Positions 34,950 through 49,400 of a stretch of 64,000 bases of DNA are shown here, piece by piece. Below the pieces are notes generated by a model. The model was not told the origin of the DNA. It worked only from the letters and a program-made list of their open reading frames with translations, and did no database searches. The position numbers were made by a program, and so were the translations under genes. Source of the DNA: Paraspadella gotoi (Eukaryota > Animalia > Chaetognatha); assembly GCA_051294375.1 (NCBI GenBank), contig CM119265.1:24797605-24861604 (forward strand), in the 5' to 3' direction. Position 1 is the first letter of the stretch, and each line of letters opens with the position of its first letter.

Positions 34950-37900
34950 GTTGTTAAGACTTAAGTACTCGTAATATATTCCAACGTTCTTTAAATGTAT
35001 ATACCGACAAACGATTGATTCGAAAGCCCTTTGGATGATTTTCTTTCGGACTTTTTCTTCTTTTCTGTACGGGACGGAATCGTAATGACCGTTCACTTTA
35101 AATACGACGCCATCGTTCACCATTTCTTGTGTGACTGTCAGAGTTCGTTCACGAAATATCGCCTTCGCCGGATATTTTTTCCCACCTGAGAAGTAGAAAT
35201 TAGGGATTTTAACGTAAGAAGTTAACTGCCACAGTGCCACACGAATGAAAATAAACGAACTGCCTTTTCAATACGCACAGCTAGTAGAAAAGCTTAAGCT
35301 TTTATCTTCATGTTTCCTTTCAGCTTCACCTGGGATAGAAAATTCAGCGACGTTGACCAAAAATCACTCTTTCACCGGTGACAGGAATTCTAGCCGATGA
35401 TGTGACCAGAGCATGATGATAGTATTCTCTGCCGAATCCCTTCTTTTTTTATCACGATGTGGTCTCCTGTTATTAGCCATAGTCGATGAAATTTAAAAGC
35501 TTATGTATACAGCGTTAAAATAATCTATCATGAGCATTGATTTTAGTGTTAAAATTTTTTTTTTCAAAAATGCTTTCTTCTGAGAATACTCTCCTAATTA
35601 AAATTATTATATTATATTAGCATAAAAAGTTAAACAAGAAATATAATTACAGCTTTTAAAAATTCTTACGTTCTCAGTAAAAATATAAAAAACTGATAAA
35701 ATGATCAAATCATGAGCATAATCTTAAGAAAAGCATATTCCAGGACGTTTCTGCACCACACTAACTCGTCCACCTTTTAAACTTACCCTTTTGGAAAAAC
35801 GCTTTATTGGTTATAGAATTAAGTTTTCCCCATTTTATCTCAGATTCTATAATGTTTAATTTGTATAGCTTCTTCCCGTCCGTCGTCGTCACGTGTCCGT
35901 CTTCATGATGATGTTGATCGATCTCCGATCGACAATCATCGGAAACAGCAAAATTCGGTGAAGTTTTTTCGTCATCATTTTTTTCCTCCTCAATTAGGAA
36001 GTAAATATTTTGGGGTCCAGAAAACGCTCGAGCCATGATTATGGATTATCTAGATTTTGGAGCGGTGCAACATATATCCGAAGTTTGGAGGAGCACCGAT
36101 TGCTCGATGTTGTCCCTCCAACTTATCAACTTATCAACTTATCCAGCAAGATCAACAAAAGAGCAACGCCCAGTTTTACGACAGATGATTAAGTTTAATT
36201 TTCTCAAACTTTTCATAAATGTAATTTGAATGATTTTCATTCGCAATTGGCTTTCATAATCTGCCCGCCAGTCTCTATTTATTTTAAGGCACGTCTATGG
36301 AATCATCCATAACAACAAACAAGAAGTTCAGGATATTTTCGTAAAAAAAGTTTTAAAAATAAAAAAAGATAAATAGATTAAAATTTAAATAGAATAATGA
36401 AAAATCAGGGAGACGCCAGAAAAAGTTTAGAAGAGAGAGAGAGTGGGAAAAAAGAAAAGATAGAAACTCATAAAGGAAAAAAAGAAAAGAAGGGACAGCG
36501 ACAAAATTTTGAGAAGTGATAAAAAGTGGTTTAGGAAAAAAGAGAGGTAAGGGAAAAAGAGAGGTAAGGGATAAGGGTGTCGGGAAAATAGAGGAAGGAA
36601 AAAGGGTAAGGGGTCCACTCGACTCGCGAGATCAGTTTCTATTTTTCCTCGCGCGCGGAGATCAAATCAGTTGAGTAAATACGCGACTCGTGTTTTTCGA
36701 CATGAAGACGTCCGCGTGAAGGGTGGGAGGGGGGAGGCGGGAGCGAGCGTTGAGCCGTGAGGTGGGGCGGTGAGGGTCTCGACGGGAGTGTGGAAATGGA
36801 TGGGAAAGGGAGAGATAAAAAAGACGACAAAACAAAAAAAGCCTAAAGGGAAATCCAAAGGAAGAAAGAAAAAGGAAAATAGGAAAAAGAGCAAGAAAAA
36901 ATAAATAAAATGGAAAAAAAAAAAAGACAAAAAAAGAAGCTAGAATATTATTTATTAAATGCTAGAAAATTGTAAATTATCTCCTAGTACATCTTCCATT
37001 ACTAATTATCATAATATTTTATTTAAAAACATATTAATCGTTCTTTTTCAGCCAGACAGACAGACCGACCGAGGCCGAGGCTGAGCCGGAAAGAAAGCGG
37101 GTTTTCCGTGCGGCATTTAGAAATCTGGAATGAAAGTAAATCAACTCGTGTCAGAAAGAAAATGAGAGGTGGAATGTTGGAATAAAGGAAAACGGGGGAA
37201 GAAGAAGATAAATCCCGTTATGGAACATGACGGAAAGTTAATTGGCTCAAAAGGAAATTATAAAAACTCGTTAGCAGTGAAAAGATATGAAGGAAATCTC
37301 ACGCGCATCGACAAAAGAAGCCAATCGCTGGCTTCATTCCTTTTCTCCTTTATTATGTGAATTGTATAATTGGGCATTTGTTTCATACGATAGACGTGCA
37401 TCTGAAAGTTTTAAAGTTTCAATGCGCGTGTTTACTCGTCTGTTACAGTTACTTCTATTTTTCATAATGAAAGTGAAAAGAAATTGACAACCAGCGACTA
37501 ATACATTACTATACACAACAATAATTCGTTGATAAAATAGTAACGCAGAGGAGAAAATATCCGGAAATGGAAGGCGCTCCTCGTGCGTGCCTTTCGTCTC
37601 AAAATTTGTGTCCCAAATCTTTTTTGCTTTTCGTTTGTTGGCGTCGTCGTTTGCCATCGTCGTCGTCGTCTTGGCGTCGACTTCCATGTGGCTTTCAACT
37701 TAAGTATCAGCTTCTAGCTTTGAACTTTAGTAACTTTAATCAATGTTTAGAAACCTTAGTATCAACCAAGTTTCAGAGCTAGAGCGACCTCACTTTCCAT
37801 TTTCTCGTAACGAAAACTGAAAAGTCATGGTAATCTAAATCATGTCTTTAGTATTTAGTAAAATATTTAGTAAAAAAAATTCAAAAGGGCGTAAATAAAA

Positions 37901-38493
37901 TTCACTTTGATCCGCGCATCAATTGCCAGTGTTCATTTGTCTGATTCGGAATCCATCGTCGTTGATCCGCAGTTTGTCACGCCATCCTCCTCCTCCTCCG
38001 CCCCCGCTGTACCTGCTGCTCCCGCCGTCTCCGCTGATGCTGCTTTCGCTGTTTCTTCTGCTGCAGTTCTTGTTGTTGTTGTGATGAAAATAAATTTGTA
38101 CCCTCCCCCAGGAAGAAAATAAAATAAAAACTCCTTCTTGTTAGTATGTTAATAAATAATGTTATCTAAATAATAATTTGAGGACATTAAAAGTCGCCTA
38201 TAAATTAGGTTTTATGTCCTTATCTATTCAATTCTTTTTTTTCTAAAACCATTCCAGTTGTTTTGATTTGACTATTCTGTCTGCAGAATCCCGTCGATTT
38301 TCAAAATGTATCAGCGTTGGGGTCATTACGCCGACACCTCCTTACGATTTCCGCGGTAACCGTTCACAAAATTGCACCCTGACGTTTTTCGGTTCCTCAA
38401 TCTATGAAACACTTGTGAACTGCTCATGGCTTCCCGTCTCAGGACAACGCCCTCTTGCGGATTGACGAACGGCATTTGACGACAGCTTACGCG

Positions 38494-41400
38494 ATGATTC
38501 GTAAGGAACGCCTCGTCCGCGTCAAGAAGCAGCTGACACGCGGCGCCATCGTCAGCGTCCGCGAACTCTACCTCCGTGACGACATCCCCTGCCGGTCCCT
38601 CCTCTGCCCGCACTCTTGCCCGGACTTTCTCCCGGCCCCCCGTCTCCCGCCCGACGCCACCCACTATCTCGTACCCGATGCCGGAGTGGCCAAGGATTTC
38701 CTTGAGGTGTTGGAGCTCCCTTTCCTTCAGCGCCAACCCGTCCTTTTCTTCCAAACTGTTGCAAGCGCCGTCCAGTTCGAGGGCGGGCGTCGTCAGTACA
38801 ATCGTCTCAAGGCTTTGCTCGCCGACGACTCTCGCCCGACCGCTCTCTTCCTCAACGAGTTTCACCGACGAACTTACCTTGATCGACGGGCGGGAGAACC
38901 CTTATCCGCCTGGCAGTCGCGGATTCTCTATCACGGCGTCTCTTGGTACCACGCCCATCTGTCGGAGCGTGTGCCCCTTGTAGTTTTGTCCCAGGACCCG
39001 GAGTTGGCGTCGTTGCGCGCGTGCGAGACGATCGGCGTCTTCGTCATGCCCGTCGCCAACTACTTGAGGGACTTTTGGACGGACGAGCGAGAAGCTTTGG
39101 ACCTCTTCCAGTCGCTCGCCAACTCCGTCGCCGAAGCAAAGAACAAAGAGAAAGACTTCAAGGGACATTTGCCCGAACAGGCGCTCAACGCCGGGCTGAA
39201 GAGCGGGCGATACATACAGGGGGTTTTACAGGTTTGGCATGATAATATAGTTAATAGCTAGTCTCATAGCCAGTTTCAGGTTATTTTGCTAGTTGCCTAA
39301 GCTAAGGCGAATGGATATGTGTTTACCTTTTACCACTTTTGTAAAGAGAGATCAAGGCCTTTGTGTGGAGACTTTCTCGATGAGAAGCAAGAGGTAGGAG
39401 AGTCGAGTTTTAGGTGTGAGAGAGGAGTGAGGAAAGATCCCTGAGAGGTTCCTTTTATATTCTCCCAAGACCGCACAACATCATCAGCTCACGTTGAGCG
39501 CTCAACGCCGTCATGGTGTAACAACGCCCATACGGACGACGACGATGCTCGCCCACGAAATCCGTGATTTGATTGGCCCGTCAGAATTATCCTACTTTTT
39601 TACCCGTTTTAACTTCCCCCATAAATTAAATAAGTCTGGCAAGGTCTTGGTCTAGTATGGTCTAGGTCTGGCATGGTTTTGGTCTGGCATTATTATTACA
39701 AATGTTTTCTTTTTCAGGTGAACAAGTACAACGCCGCCAACGAGGCCTACGTCCGCCGGGTTGGAGTGTCCGGCAAGAGCGACGATCAGCAGACAGACGT
39801 CTTGGTGACGGGCAAAGACCGCAACCGAGCCATCCACGGCGACACCGTCGTCGTGGAACTCTTGCCCGAATCTCAGTGGCGCTGCAAGTCCAGCGCCATC
39901 GTCGACCCTGGCGAGGGCGTCGTCTCCCCGGCGTCAGAGGCGGAAGACGCCGCGACGCCGGTCGGAAAGGGCGTGCCTACTGGACGCGTGCTCGGGATTG
40001 TATCTCGAAGTTCGAGGGACTTCGTCGCCACGTTTTCGCAGGAAGACGAGGGAGTGAGCGGACGGAAAACAGGTCTCATTTAATCTGTTTAAATTAATTG
40101 AATGAACTCAAAGAGTTCTTTTATTAAATTCTTTTACTGTTATTTCTTTTTTACTTTCTATCCTCTCTCTTCAGGGAAAGTACTCGTCATTCCGTTCGAC
40201 TATCGAATTCCCAAGATTCGAATTTCCACGAGTCAAAAGGAGAAATTAAAAAAAGAGCGAATCGTCGTACGCGTGGACGGGTGGGATCTCGACTCCAACT
40301 ACCCCTCGGGTCATTTTGTGAGGTAAGTTACTTATTAATAACTATTTTTAAGTCACAGATCTTAATTATTTTTCCGATCCATCAAGATCCCTGGGTCCGA
40401 TCGGCGGCCTCGAAACGGAAATAGCGACGATCATGATCGAGAACGAACTCCCCGTCAGCGGCGCCTTCTCCGAGGGAATCCTCAAAGAGCTGCCGGCGTC
40501 GTCTTCCCGGTTGGCGGCCGACTCCGCCGAAGCGGCTCGTCGACGCGATCTCCGCCACTCTCACCTCATCTTCTCGATCGACCCGCGCGACTGCGAGGAC
40601 GTCGACGACACCTTGAGCGTACGAGAATTACCCAACGGGAACTTGGAACTCGGCGTTCACATCGCTGACGTGACGTATTTCGTTAAACCGGGTTCTCTAA
40701 CCGATTTGGAGGCCAAGGCCAGGTCGACCACGGTCTACTTGGCCGACCGACGCTACGACATGTTGCCGCCCGTTTTGAGGTGCGAAGAGGAGTTGAAGGA
40801 TATGAAATCTATTTTTTCATTCTTTTTTTCCATTTCATTTTGTATCTTTTTTCCGTTTTCCATAACGTCTCCTGTCCGCTTTTATGCTTTTGTAATCTTG
40901 TTTGATTTTGCCCGTTTGATACACTCCGGTTTATTTTTTCACACTTTCACTGTCATTCCTTTTCATTTCTCAGCGCGGACCTCTGCTCTCTCCTTTCGGG
41001 CGTTGACCGTTTCGCCGTCTCCGTCCTCTGGGAGATCGACGCCCGCACCCTCGAGGTCGTGGACGTCTGGTTCGGGCGAAGCCTCATCCGCTCCAAGTAC
41101 AAACTCTACTACGAACTCGCGCAGGAGATTCTCGACGGCGCCGACGACGAGCACATCGTCAAGAACGTCCCGGGTGAACGGAAGAGGGATGAGTGGAAGA
41201 GGAAAAGAGAATGGAGGAGAGAAAATTTGCTAAATGCATCGCACACGATGTTGGCACCAAAAATAAAACATAATTTTCCCTTCCTTCATCTTCTCCAGAG
41301 CTTTCCGACCACGCCGTTGACGACTGGTGGTCCCAAGGCCCCGTCATCGAGGACATCCGCAAAACTCTTCGCCAACTGACGCGAATCGCCAAAACGATTC

Positions 41401-42671
41401 AGAACCGACGCGTCGCCGGAGGCGCCCTGGAACTCGAAGGCGTCGAGGTCCGCGTTCAAATCAGCCGAAAGGACGACGCGGATTCCGGCGACGGCGCCGC
41501 GAAGATCGAGGATCTGGTCCCCAAGCAGCCTTTGCAGATTCACGAGACGGTCGCCGAGTGCATGATCTTCGCCAACCACTGGGTCGCCAAGAAAATCCAT
41601 TCTGCTTTTCCCCACTGTAGCTTGCTGCGCCACCACCCGTTACCGCGGCAGGAGAATTTCCAAAGCCTCACCAAGTGCGCTTCATCGCGCGGCTTCTCCG
41701 TCCGCACGGATTCGGCCAAGACGCTGGCGGCGTCGCTGAATCGTGCCGTCGATTCCGACGACCCGGAGGTCAACCGCATCCTGCGCCAATTGGCGACGCA
41801 CGCGATGAGCGTCGCTGCTTATTTCTCCACGGGCAGCGTTTCTCGCGATCAATTTTTTCACTACGGTCTCGCGTTGGGATTTTATACTCACTTTACTTCG
41901 CCTATAAGACGATACGCAGACGTGGTCGTGCACCGGCTGCTGCTGGCCGCCGTCGAAAACTGCGGCAGCGGCGTCGCCGGAACGGAATCTCAAATCGGCA
42001 ACAGAGATCTCCAATCCACGGCCGTCCACATCAACCGGAAACATCGCGCGGCTCAGAACGCCCAAAGGGAGAGCGTGGAATTATTCCAGGCCAAATTCTT
42101 TGCCTCCCTCGACTCGAGCGACGAGCGACGTCTCGCCGACGCCGTCGTCTATGGCGTTCGATCCAACGGCGTCCTCGTCTTTGTCCCGCGCTATGGCGTA
42201 AAGGGCGCCGTCTATCTCGTCGATAAAAACGGCAACGTCGCCCACGTTTCGAACGGCGTCGCCTCGTGGACGTCGGGTCGCGTCACTGTCGACGCCGTCT
42301 CCTTCACCGTCCACGCCGCCTTCTCCACCGCTCCGCGCGTTTACCGAATTTTCGATCACGTGACCGTCTCCATCTCGGCGCGCGATTCCTTCGCCCACGC
42401 CCCATCCCTCGTCCTTTCTCTCGTGGACGATCGATCACGCTTCGGCGGATTCGAAGATGCCTCCGCAGTCAAGTCGGACATTATAGATCACGTGACGACG
42501 GAAGACGCTGAAATGGAGGCGTTCCGGTCGACGACGAAGGACTTGAAGGAAGCCTTCTCGTCTCCGGACGCGGAGCTCGAAGAATTGGAGAGGCTCTACG
42601 GGAACACGGAACCAGAAAAAAGCTTTTATCATCTCATAAACAGATTCAAAAATCTCCCGCTACAAATTTGA
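38494..42671 (+). CDS. DIS3L: DIS3-like exosome 3'-5' exoribonuclease 1; exons 38494-39231, 39718-40072, 40175-40322, 40387-40779, 40974-41173, 41299-42671
   Basis: N-terminal [17 protein letters not shown] and PIN-like domain, [21 protein letters not shown], catalytic [60 protein letters not shown]. Confidence 0.95.
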
Positions 42672-42895
42672 CCGCGAATTTTTTCATATTTAACTGTTCG
42701 GCCGAACTTGTGTGCCTTTCGAATCATTCCACTCGTTATTACATAAATATATCGTTGTTTTTAAAAAGTTAAATTGTTATTTATTTTGTTTTTACACAGT
42801 GCAATAAAAAACATAAGTTGTTTTTTTTTCAAAGGGTGCCTCTCTTTTCTTGCGCGAGCGACAATCAAAAAATAAATAATCAATTCCGTCTAACC

Positions 42896-43898
42896 ATGAC
42901 TTCCCAACGTTTTCCTCTGCACCGTCTCGTTGCGACGCTTGGATTCGTTACCATGGTAAAACATTGATAGAAGTTGAAAAAAGTAAAATGTGAGTTTATG
43001 TAAGTCTTACTTATTGTATTTTCTAGGTCCATCTGACAAGCGGCATTGAATTGAGCAATGATCTTCCCGAGCATCCGACTCAATTCAAAGATCGATCTCT
43101 CATTCCTTTGTTGGTGCCCGATCCGCAGGTTAGGGCAAAAGCATTATAATATTTTCTCCTTTTCACTTTCCCCTTTTACCTTTTTTGCCCCTTTTCATTT
43201 TCTTTGTGTCTTTCTCCCTTATCCTTAAATTAACGTTGACCCGACAGCTGTTGTCGAGAGACCAATTAATCGCCAGTCGGCACCGGCCGATCGGGAACAG
43301 AACCGAGTTTCAACACGACGAGGACATCATGGCTGAAACTCGCAGAGGGGTGAGTCGGGTGGACAGAGGATACTAGTTGTAATGTTGTTAAAGCTAAAGG
43401 AATGTTCTTGTTAAAAAAGATTATTTAATGGCTAACTGATGAGTCAGTCCAATATCTCTATCTCTCTATTCTCTCCAAAAAATATGAAAACAATTGAATT
43501 CTCTGAGAGAGAGCTCTCGAGCTGAAGTAGAACCCAAGACAGAACTAAAATTTATCTCTTTGCTCTTTCTTCTCTTGTCGCTCGAAGAGGAAGAAGAATG
43601 GGTATCGCGATCGTTAATGGGGGAGAGAAATTGGGAATCCGATGGAATCTATTAGTCCCTCTATCTGAAAACCATTTTGTTTTCCTTTTTTTCCTCCCTC
43701 TCTCGAAAGCTCCGAAAAATGTTAGTCGATCAGCGGAAACGGGAGCACAACCTCAACTACTTGTTCATGCATAAGGATCGACTTGACAGCCCCACCTTCG
43801 AGAAGAACCTCGTGTCTAAAATGAAGAAGATGAAAAGTCGCGTCCATCACCTCTTGGATCTCGAACACGACGTCAAAGGAAAATCTAGGAATAACTGA
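42896..43898 (+). CDS. Putative 150-aa secreted prohormone-like protein; exons 42896-42955, 43027-43128, 43248-43349, 43710-43898
   Basis: Four phase-0 exons give an open frame: signal-like MTSQRFPLHRLVATLGFVTMVHLTSG, later RKR|EHNLNYLFMHKDRLDSPTFEKNLVSKMKKMKSRVHHLLDLEHDVK-GK. Confidence 0.65.
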
Positions 43899-45041
43899 AA
43901 AAATAATTTATATACTAAAATGTTTAGTATAATGCTTCTTTTGAAGAGAAAAAATACTGACTAAAGCTTCACAAAAATCAATACTACTCTCGGGAGAACA
44001 TATAGCCGACTTTTGCGTGACGAGAGCTGGAAATATCCTTGTTTAGCTAGGGTTGGAGGATATCGTCCTTTAAAAGATTCAACCATATCCCCCCGAATAT
44101 GTGTACGAGTTTTGATTCGTCTTTTGTACGCGTTTTCCATCGGCCCTTTATATATTTCTTTATTTTACATAATTAGCTACATTTCGAGCCGTACATCAAA
44201 AGTTAATATCCTAGTGCTACAAAATCCAGTTTTTCTATATTTTGATGTTTTTAATGTATCTGTATTTTCCTTTTACTTTGGACTTGATATTGCCCTACCA
44301 TAATGTGATTGTAAATCCTAAAGCTTGATCGCTCTTCCTCTGTCGTCCTAGTTGCCTTTTTCTTTGCAAAAGTGGGCTCTCCCACTAGATTTTATTTATT
44401 GATAAAGATTTAATATTTATTATTTACTGAACTGGGAATTACTACCAAACCTTGGTACTTAGCTTTAAAGTTTGTCGTATTTACTTTAATATCCGTCTCC
44501 TTGTGTATACATTACATCTTATGCATGCTAAATTGATGGTTTCGTGGTTTGAGTGATCCTATAAAGAAAAACATTGTCCATGTGTAGAATTTAGTTTTTT
44601 CCGATGATTGTCATATCAAAAACGTAACCAAAAAATGTTTTACAAACCCCTAGTGATGCTTTATATTGAGCACACTTTGTGCACTCTATGAGTGGTGGAA
44701 TTTTTTGATTCAATATAAGTTACTGATTTCGAAATGTATACCGATGGTGTCCCTTTTTAAACAGTGACTATTTTCTAGTCAAGTACTCTAAATTATTTTG
44801 TTTTTATTGTGTTACATTTATTTTTTAAAACGTCCGCTACATTCTTTTTCGATATTATCATTTTAACTCAACCAATTAGTTTTTCTTTTAAAACCACTGT
44901 TTTCGATCTCTCTTTCTCTACTAGTCAGCGTTAGATTAAAAATATTACGTGAAATATGATAGAAACCTCGGGCTAAATTATGAACATAACTCCCGCTCGG
45001 GAAGATAAAATGCTCCCCCACTCGCCGCAACGATCGAAATA

Positions 45042-46278
45042 ATGATTAAAGCGTTCATCAAGGGTTGGAAGAAGGTACAGCAAGGCGACACCGATTCCAA
45101 ACACAGCTTCACCGTTTACATCATCGAAGTCAACAACAACGGCCTCTGTCACTCCGTCACCAGGAGATATTCCGAATTCGACGACCTCTACAAAACGGTC
45201 AAAAAGTTGATCCCCATCTCGGAGTTGCCCGAATTTCCAGGTTCCCATTCCCCCCCCACCCCCACCCCCGAGTCTCGCTGTTGCATGTGACGTTATGTTG
45301 AGTTGATACAATTTGCGTTATCTTTAGGGAAACATCTTATGAACAGAAGTTCTCGTTTGCTCGAGCAGCGTAGACTGTCGTTGGGTAAGTCGCGTGCTTC
45401 GCTAATAAATACATAAATATACATGTATATATCATTATATTTTATGTCTTTTATTTATTCATCACTCTATGGTCACAATTTCAAACCCACCGCTAAAAAA
45501 AAACGGTGAAAAACAATGGCGAGGCTCACTTTGATTTCCGCAGATTTGTACATTCGCGCGGTTCTCCGTTACTACGGCAACGACCTTCATTCGTTACCCA
45601 TCAAACTCGTGACTTTCCTCAACTTGACCCGCGAAAATCCGCTGAACGTCGAAGGCGACGAATCTCAGGACAACGCTCAAAACGCGGGGTTAATTAATTG
45701 TTTGATTTAAGATAAAAGCGGGACATATCGACGCTCTTAAGTCCTTTGTTTTCAGGTCTTTTAATTCGTTCTCGACGTCGGGGGGCGTGAACGGCGCCAG
45801 CGGCTTCGCGACTCATTCGGTGACGCACCCTGTTATGATATTTTCCGACAAACCCGCCCTAGAATCTGTCTTCGCCGCTTTCTCTTCGGGATCGCTCGAT
45901 TCGAGAACTTCCGGTAAGTTTTTTTTGATTTTCAAAAAAAGTTGTGATTTACGATTTACCCGATCCATCTTAGATTTTCGTTGTTTGGATTCCCGTTTCG
46001 AGCCACGCCCTTTCGCCAACTCCGCCGCATTGTCCACCTCTCCCACCGGTCAAGCTCGAAAGATCAACGGGTAAGGATACATCACGTTTCCTTTTCCGGT
46101 TTTGAGTTGATTAAAAAGTCTCCTATTCCTTCTTTCCAGAACGTCGTCCCCTTGGCGCGCCTCCCCTTTCTTTCCCGCCTACGAGTCTCGCTCCATTGAT
46201 CCTCGCCCTTTGAGCAACGTCGTGCTCGAGGGAACCCTCCACGGTCTCTACGGCAGCCCGGTCCTTCCCGACATGTGA
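45042..46278 (+). CDS. SNX24: Sorting nexin 24/22-like PX-domain protein
   Basis: FTVYIIEV..VTRRYSEFDDLYKTVKK..PEFPGKHLMN..LLEQRRLSL..FLNL, THPVMIF and C-terminal SNVVLEGTLHGLY typical of SNX22/24. Confidence 0.88.
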
Positions 46279-46411
46279 ACTCGGGACTCTCGTTCCTTTG
46301 CGCACGTTGAAAATCTCGAACAGCGCTACCACTCGCGCTTCGGCGAAGAGATGAACTTATTTCGCCTGCCAAACCTTTACTAAATACTACGATAGCATTG
46401 ACGGTCAAATC

Positions 46412-49400
46412 ATGGCGCAGGACAATTTAATCGCCGGGCCTCATCTGGCCATCTACGAGGCCCTGTACATGCAGGCCGACTCTACTGGCGCTGGTGAATT
46501 GAGGATCTGGATCACGAGATCGACTTGAGAATCCCATCGAAATCTTAAATATTTGATTTTTTATTCAGGTTTAATAAACGCACAACCAGCCGCTTGCGTG
46601 TTGAGAAAAAGCGGCCTTCCTCAAAACGTTCTCCATCATATCTGGACCTTGTCAGATCCTGAGGGAAAAGGTCCATCTCGATAGTCTTCATTAAACCCCA
46701 TTCCAGGCCAATTGGATCGCCGGGGATTCTTCGTTGCCTTAAAGCTTAATCTCGTTCGCCCAGTCGGGTCGCCCTTGGAGTTATCGGCCATACAATCCGA
46801 GTCGACAGCCCCCAAAATGGAGTCGCGCGCCGGCCTCGCCCGCGGTGTCGGCGTCGGGCTCGCCCGCCCTCGGCCGCTTCCCTCTCGCCTTCCAGAAATT
46901 CTCTCTCTCCCCGAGGACCCACGCCAACAACGCTCTCAATTACGAGTCATTCAGTGAGAAATCGGAGGTTGACAAAGGATAGGGGTTATCAAATGTGAAA
47001 GTTCGTGAAATATATATAAGGAAGAGCTCGGTCAATAATTGAGGTCCTCCTTTCAGTCAAGCCGTCCTTTACTCGGCCGTCCTTTTCTATTGTCCGTCCG
47101 TCCTTTCAATCCGACCTGCGCTAAAATGATTAACTTCAGTGTACGAAATATTCCTTCTCCAGGCCCTACTCTCTCCCCCGCGCGAATACCCGGCTCTCCT
47201 GGAGGATCATCTCTGACAACGACAACCCTACCTGACGTCTCGGCGGAACCCTGGCTTATCGCCGACGACGAGAAGATCAAATACGATGCGATGTTCGCGA
47301 CGCTCAACCCGCAACCTCAAGTTGGAAACCTCGACGGTGAGGAGTTGTGAGAACTACGCTGTACCATGTACATGTACAGTGTACATGGTAAGGTTGTTAA
47401 TGTTAAAAACCGGGACGCGGGTAGTCGTCAATATGACAGACTGCTTGAAGGCGACTAAAGAATTAAAGATTAGGAAAACGTATGATTACTCCCGATTCAT
47501 CGGTTTGGTTGTTAATTTTTACCTGCATCCTCTCCCGATCCTTTATTTTTTTTGTTTCTCAATCTCCCCAGGGACGATGGTGATAATGGGAGACAAAGTG
47601 AAACAGTTTCTACTCAACACGAAGCTGCCCGTCGACGTTTTGGGAAAAATATGGGAGTACAGGTTGATTGAAAGTTTCGTTAATCACGTTAATGTTATTT
47701 AGCGACTCTAGTCGATTCGACCCTTTTTGCTTNNNNNNNNNNNNNNNNNNNNNNNNNNNNNNNNNNNNNNNNNNNNNNNNNNNNNNNNNNNNNNNNNNNN
47801 NNNNNNNNNNNNNNNNNNNNNNNNNNNNNNNNNNNNNNNNNNNNNNNNNNNNNNNNNNNNNNNNNNNNNNNNNNNNNNNNNNNNNNNNNNNNNNNNNNNN
47901 NNNNNNNNNNNNNNNNNNNNNNNNNNNNNNNNNNNNNNNNNNNNNNNNNNNNNNNNNNNNNNNNNNNNNNNNNNNNNNNNNNNNNNNNNNNNNNNNNNNN
48001 NNNNNNNNNNNNNNNNNNNNNNNNNNNNNNNNNNNNNNNNNNNNNNNNNNNNNNNNNNNNNNNNNNNNNNNNNNNNNNNNNNNNNNNNNNNNNNNNNNNN
48101 NNNNNNNNNNNNNNNNNNNNNNNNNNNNNNNNNNNNNNNNNNNNNNNNNNNNNNNNNNNNNNNNNNNNNNNNNNNNNNNNNNNNNNNNNNNNNNNNNNNN
48201 NNNNNNNNNNNNNNNNNNNNNNNNNNNNNNNNNNNNNNNNNNNNNNNNNNNNNNNNNNNNNNNNNNNNNNNNNNNNNNNNNNNNNNNNNNNNNNNNNNNN
48301 NNNNNNNNNNNNNNNNNNNNNNNNNNNNNNNNNNNNNNNNNNNNNNNNNNNNNNNNNNNNNNNNNNCTTAAACCTCCCATTCACCTCATTTCCAGCGACA
48401 TCGACAAAGATGGAGCTTTGGACGCAGAAGAATTCGCGCTGACGATGTACTTGGTGCAATCGGCCCTAAAGGGAGAACCCCTGCCGCCTGCCCTTCCGCT
48501 CAGGTTGATCCCTCCCAAGAAGAGATTGGTGGCGCAGGCGAACGGCATCCCAGTCATTTCCTCAACACCGACGCCTGGCATGCCAGCTGCTCCGTCGCTT
48601 CCGCCGCCCGCTGTCGGCTGGGTCGTCACCGCCGCCGACAAGGCCGTCTACGATCAAGTGCGTTTTAAAGAGATAGGAGGGGGTTTTCTATCGGAGTTGC
48701 TCTTTTGTCCGTTTAAGAGTCTTGTCTTAATAACATTACATTACAGACTTTCAAGAAAGCCGATCAAGATTTGGACGGATTCGTCAACGGGATCGAGATT
48801 AAAGACATTTTTCTCCAGTCGGGATTGCCTCAGGTTTGATTTTTAATTTCATTTATCATTGACTTTTAATGATTGTATGTATGTATGTAATCGTATATTT
48901 CAATTTCCCCCGCTCCTACAGAACGTGCTGGCTCACATTTGGTCATTGGCGGACGGGGACGATGCGGGCAAACTGAACCAAGAACAGTTCGCGGTGGCCA
49001 TGTGGTTGGTGAAGCGAGCCCTGGGCGGCGTGGAGCCCCCGCCCTCGCTTACGCCCGAGATGATCCCCCCTTCGATGCGCAAGGCCGTCCTCTTGGAAGG
49101 TTCGACGACGCGAATCGAGAGATCGAGCGAATCGCCGAGGAGGTCGACGTCATTACCAAAGACAAGAACCAGTTGGAGAGAGATTGCGCACAGCAGGAAG
49201 CCGACGTTAAGATTAAGCAAGGTCTCGTAGATATTTAACACTGGGCATTACTAGCATGGTCGACTGAGTTATTTAAAAATTAAATTAAATTAAATTAAAA
49301 TGAAAATGAGACTTCAATGTCTTTGATTTGTAATGTTATCAATAGGCGAACTCGTGTGTCTCCGCGCCGACCTCGACGCCACTTTAAACACAGTGCAACA

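Noticed and set aside
39340-39523. Possible solo LTR (TG...CA with TATA-like motif) in DIS3L intron 1
   Set aside because: No target-site duplication and no second copy in the window.
47610-48846. Long ORFs of 214-392 aa
   Set aside because: They run through the N gap; the real coding parts belong to EPS15.
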